64,000 bases of DNA from an uncultured Gammaproteobacteria bacterium (GCA_964448085.1 CAYUUX010000003.1:5865-69864); one strand, 5' to 3'; counted from the stretch's first letter, positions 1 through 9,988 are shown. Notes: generated by a model not told the origin, from the letters alone. Made by a program: numbers and translations.

Positions 1-136
1 GTTGTTGTGTGGTGGTACAAAGCGTGCAGGAAGCGATAATGAAGCGTATAAATGTACAATGGCATATCTCCAATAAGATGCCAAAGAAACCAACGTTGGA
101 TCAAAGAGTTGCATGGCACGTTGAGCATGCAAGACA

Positions 137-943
137 TTGTACGTGCCGAAAGCTGAGTGGGAATATATTGGAAGAAATCCAACGGAGGGGAATAAAAGTG
201 TAAGAAAGCGGGTTATAGAGCATCAAATACGTTTCCTCCCAGCAAAAATAGCGTTCGTTTTGTTATATCTACAGCGTATGTATCAATGGAACTTTGCATT
301 TGCAAAACACGGACGGATATTTTTGCAAGCGGACAAAGAACTGGAGTCAATACGGAAAATTTTCCAAAAACATAATGTGCATACAGTATTGGATCTTGGA
401 TGTGGTTCGGGGAGACATCTGGTCTATTTATCAGAACACCATTTTGACATGTATGGTATTGATATTGCCAGGGAGGGAATCCATTTAGCGGAGGAATGGT
501 TGCGCAGCAAAAAGTTGTACGCTACTCTGGCAAGAGGTTCCGTATATAACAGGTTACCGTATAGAGACAATTTCTTTGATGCAGTTATTTCGACACGGGT
601 ATTGCACCATGCAGCTCCGGAGCGCATACAAAAAACGATTGCGGAAATTGAAAGAATTTTAAAACCGGGCGGTTTAGTGTATATAACGGTGCGAAAAAGA
701 AAACTGAAGAGATCATATACCAAGAACGAAGTTATTGAAAAATACGGAAAGCAGAAAACCGCATATAGAATTATTGGACCGAGAATGTATGCGCCGGTAG
801 AGGGAATAGAAAAGGGATTGACGCATTACCTTTTTAATAGGATCCTACTAAAAAAGGCGTTCCGTAATTTCACAAATATATCCATTTGGGTCGATGAGGA
901 AAAACGACATTATTGTCTGAGTGGAGAGAAAAAACGAGCATGA
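137..943 (+). CDS. Class I SAM-dependent methyltransferase
   Basis: Motif VLDLGCGSGRH (SAM-binding glycine-rich motif I) followed by an acidic loop, in a Rossmann-like layout. The start could be a later in-frame Met. Confidence 0.6.
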   Translation: MYVPKAEWEYIGRNPTEGNKSVRKRVIEHQIRFLPAKIAFVLLYLQRMYQWNFAFAKHGRIFLQADKELESIRKIFQKHNVHTVLDLGCGSGRHLVYLSEHHFDMYGIDIAREGIHLAEEWLRSKKLYATLARGSVYNRLPYRDNFFDAVISTRVLHHAAPERIQKTIAEIERILKPGGLVYITVRKRKLKRSYTKNEVIEKYGKQKTAYRIIGPRMYAPVEGIEKGLTHYLFNRILLKKAFRNFTNISIWVDEEKRHYCLSGEKKRA

Positions 944-1035
944 TTTCTTTTGCGTTGTTCTCTGGATATGGTACCCCTACAAAGGAATTGTTTATCAACA
1001 CACCGGTTTAAAAAAAGGGGAGGTGCCCGCAAAAG

Positions 1036-2016
1036 TTAATTTGCATCGGTGGCAGGTGAAGCACCTTCTTGCTTCACGGTATCTTTTTGGGTAAGCCGTA
1101 ACGTGGAAAGCATAGTATCGAATATGTCTTCGGTTGTCTGTTTTGTGAGTTTCATGTGGATGTTGAATCCATAATATCTATCATTCTCATGCAAATTGAC
1201 GAGAGCCCCCACATATCCTTCTCCCGGTGTCCCGAGAATCGGGAGGTACATTTGCTCGCCTCCATAATCTTGCCAGGTATTGATGCCATATATTTTGAGA
1301 TAGGTTACGCCATGAACATTTGTGTGTTCCGATACAACGGACGGAGGAAGATAAGTTTTGCTTACAGTGTGAATAAAGCGAGGATAATATTTTCCATCTT
1401 GAGTTACATATCCTGTGTGATCAGCAAATCCTCCTTCTCTTCCCGCGGAATAGTCTTTGGAAACACTGCCTATCGTAATGTCCCCGCCTCCGCATGCTCC
1501 ATATCCTGCAAAGACCGGTCGAATGAATGAGATGGACTGTATGAATGACTGACAATACTGTGTGCCCGTGTCTCCTGGCACTTCATTTCCGTTCGGTCGT
1601 TCCATCATGCCAAAATTGACAGGAAGTTTATATTCAATGCCAAGGACCGTATCTGTATAGAGTTTCCAGAGTGTTGTTGGATCAGCAGGTTGTGTTCCGG
1701 GGGGTGTGGAGTCGATATTTTGTTGAAGTGCTGATGAAACGAAAGTACGTTTTTGAACGTAGGAAAGCACACTTCGATAGAGAGGAGGATTCGTATGCCA
1801 TCCTGGGTTTGGACATACTTGTCCCATTTTACAAACCACTGCTTCGGTTTGGAAATAGGGGATGGGACAAAAGAGAACGAGGATAATCAAAAGAAATATG
1901 GCAGGGATACTAAACTTAGTATGGGATTTTTTTACAATGGGCGCTTGAGTTGGTTGCATGGATGCAGACGGTGGAAAATTTGGCGTTTGCGTTGGAGGTT
2001 GCGATGGTGATTCCAT
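1036..2016 (-). CDS. Hypothetical membrane-anchored extracellular protein with a Pro/Gln-rich N-terminal tail and one TM helix
   Basis: Low-complexity P/Q/T-rich N-terminus, then a basic patch and the hydrophobic helix IPAIFLLIILVLF. Shares the motif W(K/N)xYTDxxLG(I/F)xYxxP with the downstream ORF 2077..3231. Confidence 0.45.
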   Translation of the reverse strand: MESPSQPPTQTPNFPPSASMQPTQAPIVKKSHTKFSIPAIFLLIILVLFCPIPYFQTEAVVCKMGQVCPNPGWHTNPPLYRSVLSYVQKRTFVSSALQQNIDSTPPGTQPADPTTLWKLYTDTVLGIEYKLPVNFGMMERPNGNEVPGDTGTQYCQSFIQSISFIRPVFAGYGACGGGDITIGSVSKDYSAGREGGFADHTGYVTQDGKYYPRFIHTVSKTYLPPSVVSEHTNVHGVTYLKIYGINTWQDYGGEQMYLPILGTPGEGYVGALVNLHENDRYYGFNIHMKLTKQTTEDIFDTMLSTLRLTQKDTVKQEGASPATDAN

Positions 2017-2076
2017 AAATCAAAAATGTCTATCAATGCAAGAAACCGTGATGGTATCGGTGTCTATACCATTTTG

Positions 2077-3231
2077 TTACTGACAATCTTTTGGACAATT
2101 GCATGCATCTTCATATTGTGCGTCACATATGTTGTTCCCGCAAGGGCTACAGAGCGTGTGGGGAACACCCATTTGCTCTCTGCATATTTGAGAAAGATCC
2201 GGCGTTGACTGTTTGTCAGCTATTTTTGTAAGCCCAACGCAACAATCCATTGCTTTAATGGTAGGATTCGTTTTTCCTGTTGTCATATCAAAATTACTTA
2301 TCGCCCGTTCACCAGCACGAGCGCAGGAAGCTGGAGCCGACTCGGGAGCAGGAGAAGTATCAAAAAACTGTATCGTTGAAATGATTGAATCAAAACGATC
2401 AAACCAATCTTGGGCAAGTTGTGGTGCCTTTTGAGAAAAAAGGTCTTTGACAAAAACCTCTGGGGATTTCCAGATAAGAGCGTCACTGCAATTTTCTGTG
2501 TCCGTCGTAAAATATTGGGGCATCGCATCCGCATAGCTTCTCGGCGCAGTAAGCGTCAGAATAACTTGGTGATTATTTTTGAAAAAAATCAGTCCGCGGG
2601 TAAACCGCACATCACATACCTCAATTAACTGGAGAGAAAGATATGTTTTGCCGGAGAGAGACTGTATGGGAATCACGTTTTGCGAATTCGGATAGTTCGT
2701 GCCAAACGCTCGGGTGCCGTAATTTCCGTTTTCCAAAGCTTTTTTGTCTGCCAGAGCGGTTGTGAGATCAAATCCAAGAGGTTCGTCTTCATACTGAGCT
2801 AAGTCTTTGGTTCGTATATGTAAAACTACTGCGCGCGAGTTTTTGGTGTCCGCATTCAGCGTTATGTCATTGGGATATTGAATTTGGAACCCTAATTGTT
2901 CATCGGTATACGTATTCCAATCGGATGTAGCAGTTTCTTCTTTTTGCGTCTCTAACGTGGGTGTGGGAGCTTGTTGAATATTTGATATGTACATATTCTT
3001 TGACAAGAAGAAACCTCCAAAGAAGGTAGCGCATGGTACAAAAACACAAAGAAGTATGATAGATACTACGTTGCGCTTTGGTTTCCCAGTTGGTGAGGGA
3101 ATTTGAGATTCTGGTGGAATATCCTGTTTTGAAGAAGACGCTTGTTCTGGCTGTTGTAAGACGGGTTCTGGATACATATATGTAGGATAACATATTATTG
3201 TTTGATGTCGACAGCTCATTGTTAGAACCAT
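2077..3231 (-). CDS. Hypothetical membrane-anchored extracellular protein with a Cys-rich C-terminus; paralog-like to 1036..2016
   Basis: Pro-rich N-tail and the TM helix VVSIILLCVFVPCATFFGGFFL. Shared WNTYTDEQLGFQIQYP motif. C-terminal Cys cluster CSPCGNNICDAQYEDACNCPKDCQ. The real start may be the internal Met (MYPEP...). Confidence 0.45.
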   Translation of the reverse strand: MVLTMSCRHQTIICYPTYMYPEPVLQQPEQASSSKQDIPPESQIPSPTGKPKRNVVSIILLCVFVPCATFFGGFFLSKNMYISNIQQAPTPTLETQKEETATSDWNTYTDEQLGFQIQYPNDITLNADTKNSRAVVLHIRTKDLAQYEDEPLGFDLTTALADKKALENGNYGTRAFGTNYPNSQNVIPIQSLSGKTYLSLQLIEVCDVRFTRGLIFFKNNHQVILTLTAPRSYADAMPQYFTTDTENCSDALIWKSPEVFVKDLFSQKAPQLAQDWFDRFDSIISTIQFFDTSPAPESAPASCARAGERAISNFDMTTGKTNPTIKAMDCCVGLTKIADKQSTPDLSQICREQMGVPHTLCSPCGNNICDAQYEDACNCPKDCQ

Positions 3232-3237
3232 TGGAGT

Positions 3238-3798
3238 ATGAGCGATGGGGTATTGTTGAGATTATTTTCCAGAAGGAGGTATACTACGGGGAGTATGGAA
3301 AAAATAAAAACCACAGGAGCAGTGTCGACAAAAAAGGGCATAGCAGGAATTATCCTGCTTTTTATTATTCTATTCATCCTCCTTGGAGGCTTATTTGCAT
3401 TTGATTACGGATATATTGCGTATACGAAACAGACGCATATCTATCCCACCGCAACGCCTCCCCCCGGGGTGACGTACACGCCGATAACTGCGCGTGGGAG
3501 TTTTTCAAAAGATGCATACAGCGTGAACATAACACTCTATTTTGTTTCAGAGGGTGGTTCGGTGTCTGGGGATTTTTCTGGGGATTGCAGCGGAGTCATC
3601 ACGGGATATTATGACGGGAAAGACGGTGGAGTCATCAGCGGAAATGCATATGGAAGCTGTGATCCTCTTTTTGTCCCCATTCCGGCATCGGCGGAGTTCT
3701 CTGGTGTTGTACAGAAAAGCCAGAAGGCCATTCCCGTTACAGGAAAAGGATCTGCAATGGGGGTCTCCGGTGAGGGTTCGTTGACGTTTACTTTCTAG
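3238..3798 (+). CDS. Hypothetical single-pass membrane protein with a Gly/Ser-rich ectodomain
   Basis: Basic stretch, then the TM helix GIAGIILLFIILFILLGGLFAF. The likely true start is MEKIKTT near 3298. No recognisable domain. Confidence 0.35.
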   Translation: MSDGVLLRLFSRRRYTTGSMEKIKTTGAVSTKKGIAGIILLFIILFILLGGLFAFDYGYIAYTKQTHIYPTATPPPGVTYTPITARGSFSKDAYSVNITLYFVSEGGSVSGDFSGDCSGVITGYYDGKDGGVISGNAYGSCDPLFVPIPASAEFSGVVQKSQKAIPVTGKGSAMGVSGEGSLTFTF

Positions 3799-3825
3799 TC
3801 CTTCTTTTGAAAGAGGAAACAAAAA

Positions 3826-4314
3826 TTAGAGCCATTGGACATACGTGCATCCGGTTGGTGTTTTAGTTACCCGATCCCATCCCGAAGTGGAGCACTTTTT
3901 CATCCGCTTCCCATTTGCCGTTGTATACAGGACAAGTTTTGATCCGCAATCGGGGCATTCTTCTTCGAGTGGTTCTGTTGTTCCATTAATCCATTCGACA
4001 AAGTCGCACCCCGTCGCTTGTTTCTTTTCCGCATCCCAACCGCCAGTTGAGCATTTTTTCATTTTTTTCCCAAATCGCGTCATGGTGAGCACTAACGGTG
4101 CGCCACATTTTGGGCATTTTTCCTCCAGCGTCTGCGGTTCAAATGGGAGCCATAGAACGAAATCACACCCGTCGACTTTTTTGGTCGCCGCATTCCACAT
4201 ACCACCGGAGCACCTCCGTAATTTTTTTCCTGAATTCGTGAGAGTAATTTCTCCCAGTGGACTTCCACACTTTGGACAGGTGTCGGTTGTTGGTGTTTGC
4301 GTGTCGTTTTTCAT
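3826..4314 (-). CDS. Standalone protein made of three topoisomerase-I-type C4 zinc-ribbon repeats
   Basis: Three ~45-aa repeats of the form CPKCGxPL...KKxxRCSxGGW...GCDFVxW. This matches the zf-C4 topoisomerase-type (PF01396-like) pattern. Confidence 0.6.
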   Translation of the reverse strand: MKNDTQTPTTDTCPKCGSPLGEITLTNSGKKLRRCSGGMWNAATKKVDGCDFVLWLPFEPQTLEEKCPKCGAPLVLTMTRFGKKMKKCSTGGWDAEKKQATGCDFVEWINGTTEPLEEECPDCGSKLVLYTTANGKRMKKCSTSGWDRVTKTPTGCTYVQWL

Positions 4315-4421
4315 ATCTCTCTACTATACCATGCAGCGAAAGATATAAGAACGGAGAAAAAACAGCGAGGATGCCACTTAACAAATATGCTTCGTATTCA
4401 GTATACTTAACTGAATAAAAT

Positions 4422-5027
4422 ATGGTAACGGAATTATTTTTTGACGTAGAGACAAAAAAATTGTTCAGTGACATAGCATCTGATGATCCGGCAGATCTTG
4501 GGGTATCGATAGTCTCGGTGTATAAACGGCAACTCAATGAGGCATTGGAAGAGACACAAGGGGAGCTGCGGAGTTTTTGGGAAAAAGACTTCCCTTCTAT
4601 GTGGCAATGGTTTTCGGAAGCGGATCGCATTGTGGGATTCAACTCGCTAAAATTTGATGTTCCGGCACTGCGACCATATGCACCTGAAAATTTTTCGCGA
4701 CTACCACATTTTGATGTAATGGAACTCGTCCGGCAAAAACTTGGAAGAAGAATAGGATTAAACGCATTGGCACAGGTTTCCTTGGGGATAGAGAAGATTG
4801 ATCATGGGACAAACGCCGTTATTTACTGGGCTAAAGGAGATGCGGAAAACTTAAAAAAATTGCAAACGTATTGTGAATCAGATGTCTTGTTGACTCGTGA
4901 CCTGTATGAATACGGAAAAAAATTCGGTCACCTAAAATACATGGATAAATGGAACAGAGAGTCGACAATTGAAATTGATTTTTCGTATCCAAAGAAAGAG
5001 GTAAGTCCACAGATTGGATTATTCTGA
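4422..5027 (+). CDS. DEDDy-type 3'-5' exonuclease (RNase H-like fold, PolB-exonuclease-like)
   Basis: Exo I-like FFDVET. Exo II-like GFNSLKFDVPAL. Exo III-like YCESDVLLTRDLY (YxxxD). Confidence 0.5.
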   Translation: MVTELFFDVETKKLFSDIASDDPADLGVSIVSVYKRQLNEALEETQGELRSFWEKDFPSMWQWFSEADRIVGFNSLKFDVPALRPYAPENFSRLPHFDVMELVRQKLGRRIGLNALAQVSLGIEKIDHGTNAVIYWAKGDAENLKKLQTYCESDVLLTRDLYEYGKKFGHLKYMDKWNRESTIEIDFSYPKKEVSPQIGLF

Positions 5028-5831
5028 CGAAAGCAAACGTACGATGTCGGGAATTTTGCGTTCCGTTTCTTCTACACCAAGTGTAATGATTTCCTCTCCG
5101 TGAACCGCGCGCGTTATTGCAAGCGGTGTGACATGGGGCTCAAGGGGAATATCCGCAAGTTTCATATTTTCTTTTGCCAAACTGTATCGCAGGCTTGCAA
5201 TGGTAGATTTTGCAATCGTTAAAGACGAAGGGGGTGTTTTTGGAACAGGTGAAGATTTTCGGGTAAGATATGCATCACAGCTTACCGCAATAACTATATC
5301 CGCTCCCATGGAACGTACAACGGAGGCGGGAATTGGGAGAGATGCCCCGCCGTCCATAAGGTACATATCACCCAACGCCATTGGCTGAAACAGAAGCGGA
5401 ACGGAAATGCTTGCGCGGATAGCTTCCAATAGGTTACCTTTTTGTAGTATGACCGGCTCCCCTGAGGAAACATCCGTGGCCACAGCGGCAAAAGGAATTG
5501 TGAGTGATTCGATTGTGTGATGCCCGATGTGCTGTGTTAAAAATTCCATTGCCCGTTGCCCTTTGATGACTCCCGAGGAAAATGCTGCGTCTGAGAGTAC
5601 CCACGCAAGGTCACGATACCCGAAGGTGTGGGCAACTTGTTCAACTTTTTCGATGCTTCCAAGCGCGGCAAATGCACCCCCAATGAGTGCGCCGGCACTC
5701 GTTCCGGCAATCATATCAATGGGAATATGGTGAGCAAGAAGCGTTTTGATAACGCCGATATGAACAAAACCCCGAACACCACCGCTGCCAAGGGCGAGTC
5801 CAACTTTTTTTGTCGTTCGTTTTTGTCCCAT
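5019..5831 (-). CDS. Patatin-like phospholipase
   Basis: Oxyanion-hole motif GSGGVRG. Nucleophile elbow GTSAG (GxSxG). DGG catalytic Asp motif. Typical ~270-aa patatin layout. Confidence 0.75.
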   Translation of the reverse strand: MGQKRTTKKVGLALGSGGVRGFVHIGVIKTLLAHHIPIDMIAGTSAGALIGGAFAALGSIEKVEQVAHTFGYRDLAWVLSDAAFSSGVIKGQRAMEFLTQHIGHHTIESLTIPFAAVATDVSSGEPVILQKGNLLEAIRASISVPLLFQPMALGDMYLMDGGASLPIPASVVRSMGADIVIAVSCDAYLTRKSSPVPKTPPSSLTIAKSTIASLRYSLAKENMKLADIPLEPHVTPLAITRAVHGEEIITLGVEETERKIPDIVRLLSSE

Positions 5832-5886
5832 GAAGGTATTATAACAATTTGCGATAGGAGAAACGATTGGTCTATACTCAGGCTAT

Positions 5887-6375
5887 ATGAAACAGTATAT
5901 ATGGTATGTTGGCATTTTTATTGTATGTGTATTGGCAATCCGCATGCCTGTATATGGATTGGACCCAGGGCTGTTGCCTCCAAGGGATGCAATTCAAATT
6001 ACGCTACCAACGGCTACACCAACGCCCACAATAAAATTCATGATTCCGGATAAAAGCATTAGGATTTCTATTGCGCCGTTGTCAACAGCTACTCCAACAC
6101 AAACGACTGCACCGTTAACAACTACAACTGTGGCGGTAAGTCCTACTCCAGATTCATCTCTGGATGCATCAAGCGGAGCAAATGTTGAAAAAACAGAGAG
6201 TACACCATCTCCACAAGGCGAGGAAACAAAAAAAGGGGCTGTAAAAAGTATACTGAACAAGCGGGACATGGGTTTTTTTGGCATTATCGGAGCATTAGCG
6301 TTGATTATCTTGGTTATTCTTTTTTTCCCCAAAAGAAAAAAGGAATCTGACGGCATCACCGAAGAACAAACATAA
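5887..6375 (+). CDS. Hypothetical Thr/Pro-rich secreted protein with a C-terminal TM helix and basic tail
   Basis: N-terminal signal-like hydrophobic segment and a low-complexity TATPTPT region. The C-terminus is GFFGIIGALALIILVILFFPKRKKESDG (hydrophobic segment plus KRKK). Confidence 0.4.
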   Translation: MKQYIWYVGIFIVCVLAIRMPVYGLDPGLLPPRDAIQITLPTATPTPTIKFMIPDKSIRISIAPLSTATPTQTTAPLTTTTVAVSPTPDSSLDASSGANVEKTESTPSPQGEETKKGAVKSILNKRDMGFFGIIGALALIILVILFFPKRKKESDGITEEQT

Positions 6376-7129
6376 AATAGATTCCTGCAAGAAATATACG
6401 GTAGACCCCGAAGGGAACAAAAGAATGATGTCGTATATACTGAAGGAAGAGACGGACCGTAAAAAGCGCGGTGATAAAAGATGTCAAGATTCCCAAGAGA
6501 AGGAAATGTAGTGAAGAGGAATCAAAAGAAATGGGTGATTGAATAAGATCTAATACTGTTGCCGCTAGCATGGTGGGGATTGCAAGAAGAAACGAAAACT
6601 CTACAGATGCGGCTCTGGATAATCCCATAACCATTCCTGCAAACATTGTCGCTGCTGCACGAGATACGCCTGGTATGAGGGAAACAGACTGACCAATCCC
6701 AATACCAACCGCTTGTCGTATCGAAACCGTTTCTAAAGAAGCTCTAGGAAACGTCCTTTTTTTAAACACTGTTTCCATGAGAATAAAGACAGCGCCTCCA
6801 AGAGCGAGTGCGATAACGACTACATAGGGATTGCCTAAAAGATACTGTTTAACAAGTCGGTAGAATAAAAGTCCGGTAATCATGGTGGGAATAAACGCAC
6901 ACAAGAGCGGTACCCAAAGGAACCGTTTGGTTAGGAGAGTTTGAAAATAGATGACGCCCACAGCCATAATTGCCCCAAGCTGGATGATGATCTCAAACGA
7001 TTTTAAGAATTCATTGTTAGGAATGGAAAGCAGAGTTCCAACAAGAATCATATGACCCGTGGAAGATATGGGAAGGAATTCGGTAATACCCTCAACGATA
7101 CCAAGAATGATAGCGTGAACGTTTTGCAT
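6356..7129 (-). CDS. uppP: Undecaprenyl-diphosphatase (UppP/BacA)
   Basis: Hallmark N-terminal motif GIVEGITEFLPISSTGHM and a polytopic membrane profile. Confidence 0.85.
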   Translation of the reverse strand: MQNVHAIILGIVEGITEFLPISSTGHMILVGTLLSIPNNEFLKSFEIIIQLGAIMAVGVIYFQTLLTKRFLWVPLLCAFIPTMITGLLFYRLVKQYLLGNPYVVVIALALGGAVFILMETVFKKRTFPRASLETVSIRQAVGIGIGQSVSLIPGVSRAAATMFAGMVMGLSRAASVEFSFLLAIPTMLAATVLDLIQSPISFDSSSLHFLLLGILTSFITALFTVRLFLQYIRHHSFVPFGVYRIFLAGIYFMFVLR

Positions 7130-7137
7130 GGAAAGGT

Positions 7138-7332
7138 TTACGAGACTATTTCTATTGCTTCGGACGGACAGGATTTTGCTGCTTCTGTTGCAAGTTTTTT
7201 GTCCTTTTCTGTGTACGCATCAGGATTTTTTTTAAGAGCAACAACGCCACTGTCTAGGGTGAATAATTCTGGCGCAATTGAGGCGCAGAGTCCGCAAGAC
7301 AAACATTTATCTGTATGAAGGCGTATATTCAT
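7138..7332 (-). CDS. Small ferredoxin (single Fe-S cluster type)
   Basis: 64 aa with CLSCGLC...C(P) spacing, matching small bacterial ferredoxins. Confidence 0.5.
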   Translation of the reverse strand: MNIRLHTDKCLSCGLCASIAPELFTLDSGVVALKKNPDAYTEKDKKLATEAAKSCPSEAIEIVS

Positions 7333-7553
7333 AATCCTCCTAGATTTCTATCCTATACCGTTTGCCCCCTTTTTAAAAGGGGAAGGAAAGAGGAATTTGG
7401 GACAGAGACAACATATATGGTATACTTGCCGATGACTTAGGAAGAAGTAAGGAAGTAGGTTTCGAAGTCTTGTAAAGTCCACGTGTTTGGTCTTTGTCAA
7501 TCTTCGTAGTATACCCGTCCCGTTTTCCGTCCTAGGGAGAAAGGAATACTCAT

Positions 7554-7805
7554 ATGAATCTATTTGTCGGAAACCTTCCGTACACAATGGACAGCGCGAA
7601 ATTAAGCGAAACATTCGCTCCTGCAGGAACCGTTGTTTCTGCAAAAGTGATCGTTGATAAATACTCTGGACGATCACGTGGCTTTGGTTTTGTTGAAATG
7701 AGCTCAGATGAAGAGTCGAAAAAAGCAATCGAGATGCTCAATGGAACCGCTGTCGAAGGACGACCATTGGTCGTCAATGAAGCGCGACCCCCAAAACAAG
7801 GGTAA
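7554..7805 (+). CDS. RRM-domain RNA-binding protein
   Basis: RNP2 LFVGNL and RNP1 RGFGFVEM. An RBS (ggaga) lies upstream. Confidence 0.85.
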   Translation: MNLFVGNLPYTMDSAKLSETFAPAGTVVSAKVIVDKYSGRSRGFGFVEMSSDEESKKAIEMLNGTAVEGRPLVVNEARPPKQG

Positions 7806-7822
7806 ACGTTTGTAAACGAAAA

Positions 7823-7849
7823 AGGGCTGAGCAATCGGCCCTTTTTTTA
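7823..7849. terminator. Rho-independent terminator between convergent RRM and PBP genes
   Basis: The hairpin agggctgagcaatcggccct is followed by a T7 run on the plus strand. The reverse strand has an A-run/T-run, so it is probably bidirectional. Confidence 0.6.
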
Positions 7850-9937
7850 TGGTTGCTTCGAAGGGGACGGAGTGGGAATGGGAGCGCAGAGTTTTCCTGC
7901 AGGTTCCGTTCCACGAATGAAAAACTCCGGTCTTCCAAAATAACAGGATATAGACACAATGGATTCGTTGCGTATAGGTAACTCATCCGCCGTATCTTTG
8001 AGAAGTTCGGTCATAATATCATGCCAAATCGGTGCTGCTCCCGTAACTCCCGAGGAGAGATAGGGATTCATTGGTGAGTTATCGTTATTGCCTACCCAAA
8101 CAGCGGCAAGATAGGATGGTGTATAGCCAATGGTCCAATTATCGCGCTTGTCGTTGCTTGTTCCTGTTTTTACTGATACGGTTTTTCCTGGTATGACAAG
8201 TTCAGATTGTAATCCGAATGCGTTTGAGCGTGCGACGTTATCAGATAAGATATTCCCCATAATCCAGGCAACTTCCGGTTTTACCGCCTGGACGCCTTTC
8301 GATGGTGTATGCCGTTCATACACTTTTCCGGTGTAATCGGTTACCTCTAGGATCGGTTGTGTATCTTGACGAACGCCACCGTTAGCGAGCGTTCCGAAAA
8401 CTTCCGTCATATCAAGCATGGTGACATCTGCGCCGCCCAGTGTGATGGACAAACCATATCTTGATGGATCTGTCCAAGAGTCAATTCCCATTGCTTTTCC
8501 TTTTTCAACGATATCGCGTACGCCAAGTTTGGCAGCTAATTTTACCGCAGGAACATTGTAGGAATTGGCGAGCGCGTATCGAAGTGGTGTTATTCCATGA
8601 AATTTCCCATCGTAATTGACCGGAGCGTATGGTGGATTGTTTGGGATTGAATACACTACGGGACTGTCGTCCAAAAGGGAAGCTGCGGTAAATCCTTGCT
8701 CTAATGCGAGCGCGTACGTTACCACTTTTATGGAAGACCCCGGTTGTCTAAGTGAGGTGGTGACATTCACGTTCCCATCGTGTTCGCTGTCAAAATAGTC
8801 ATGGCTGCCAACCATCGCAAGAATTTCTCCCGTCTTTGGATTAGTAACCACCGCGGCTCCATTGCCGACATTGAGATATTTCAAAGATTGAATATGGGAT
8901 GAAACTATGGATTGGACAGAGTCCTGCAATTGCACGTCAAGTGACGTAACGATACGTAAGCCTCCCTGTTCTACCAATCGTGTTCCGTACTTTTTTTCAA
9001 GCAATTCCTTGATGTACATAACGAAATGCGGAGCCCGTATGGATATATTGGGAGGCGCAAATGAAATGGTTTCCGTGTATGCTGCTTCCGCTTCCTCTTT
9101 TGTGATGTATCCGTCTTCCACCATGCGGCGAAGCACTTCCATTTGTCGATTGAATGCTTTTTCTGGATGTGCGCCAAAGGGAGAATATTCCGTGGGTGCT
9201 GCAGGAAGGCCAGCAAGAAGAGTAATTTCCCCAAGGGAAAGGTCAACAAGTTTTTTACCGAAATATGTTTCACTTGCCGACTCTACACCCCACGCCGTTC
9301 CTCCATATGGGACCTGGTTTAAGTACATTTCAAGTATCTGATCTTTGGAATAAATGCGTTCTGCCCAGAATGCAAGTATGATTTCCTTTATTTTCCGATA
9401 GATGGAGACTTCCGGAGACAGCAGTGCGGATTTGATAAGTTGTTGTGTTATGGTGGATCCTCCTTGGATTGCTCCATGGAACACGATTTCTTTTAACGCC
9501 CGCACAATCCCTTTGATGGAGAATCCGTTGTGTTGGTAAAATTCACGGTCTTCTATAGCGATGGTTGCCTGTTTGAGTCGTTTCGGAATTTCTGACAATG
9601 GCATTGGGGATCGATTCTGTTCTGCGTATATTTCATACAAGAGTGTACCGTGTCGGTCAAAAATTTTGGAGGATACGGCAAGGTCTCTGCGGGAAAGCAT
9701 GGACGGGTTCGGAAGTGATCGTAACCAACCGTAGACAACATACGGGAGAAACACCAATACTATTGTGGTAAGGACGCCAATAACAAAGGAAGACAAAAGA
9801 AAACGTTTTTTACCACCTCGCGTATTTTTTGAGGATCTCCAGAAGGCCAATTGTTGCTTTTTCGATTGTACTTTGGGAAACACAGCGGGAACACGTTTTG
9901 GAAACAAGTATTGTTTATTGGCGTTCGTACGAGCCAT
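7847..9937 (-). CDS. mrcA: Class A penicillin-binding protein (PBP1A; glycosyltransferase GT51 + transpeptidase)
   Basis: GT51 motif IAIEDREFYQHNGF. Transpeptidase motifs SSIK (SxxK) and KTGT. N-terminal signal anchor. Confidence 0.9.
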   Translation of the reverse strand: MARTNANKQYLFPKRVPAVFPKVQSKKQQLAFWRSSKNTRGGKKRFLLSSFVIGVLTTIVLVFLPYVVYGWLRSLPNPSMLSRRDLAVSSKIFDRHGTLLYEIYAEQNRSPMPLSEIPKRLKQATIAIEDREFYQHNGFSIKGIVRALKEIVFHGAIQGGSTITQQLIKSALLSPEVSIYRKIKEIILAFWAERIYSKDQILEMYLNQVPYGGTAWGVESASETYFGKKLVDLSLGEITLLAGLPAAPTEYSPFGAHPEKAFNRQMEVLRRMVEDGYITKEEAEAAYTETISFAPPNISIRAPHFVMYIKELLEKKYGTRLVEQGGLRIVTSLDVQLQDSVQSIVSSHIQSLKYLNVGNGAAVVTNPKTGEILAMVGSHDYFDSEHDGNVNVTTSLRQPGSSIKVVTYALALEQGFTAASLLDDSPVVYSIPNNPPYAPVNYDGKFHGITPLRYALANSYNVPAVKLAAKLGVRDIVEKGKAMGIDSWTDPSRYGLSITLGGADVTMLDMTEVFGTLANGGVRQDTQPILEVTDYTGKVYERHTPSKGVQAVKPEVAWIMGNILSDNVARSNAFGLQSELVIPGKTVSVKTGTSNDKRDNWTIGYTPSYLAAVWVGNNDNSPMNPYLSSGVTGAAPIWHDIMTELLKDTADELPIRNESIVSISCYFGRPEFFIRGTEPAGKLCAPIPTPSPSKQP

Positions 9938-9988
9938 AACAGCAAATGAGTTATACCACAGGATGAAGAAAAAACAAATAACGAGATT

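Noticed and set aside
3845-4348. 167-aa plus-strand ORF; also the minus ORF 4163..4642
   Set aside because: It is antisense to or overlapping the triple zinc-ribbon gene and the divergent intergenic region. It has no motifs and a His/Ser/Pro-rich artefactual composition.
7333-7553. 220-bp intergenic region checked for a tRNA or small RNA gene
   Set aside because: No T-arm GTTCRANYC motif or cloverleaf-compatible structure found. Only a cccctttttaaaagggg hairpin, which probably terminates the ferredoxin gene.
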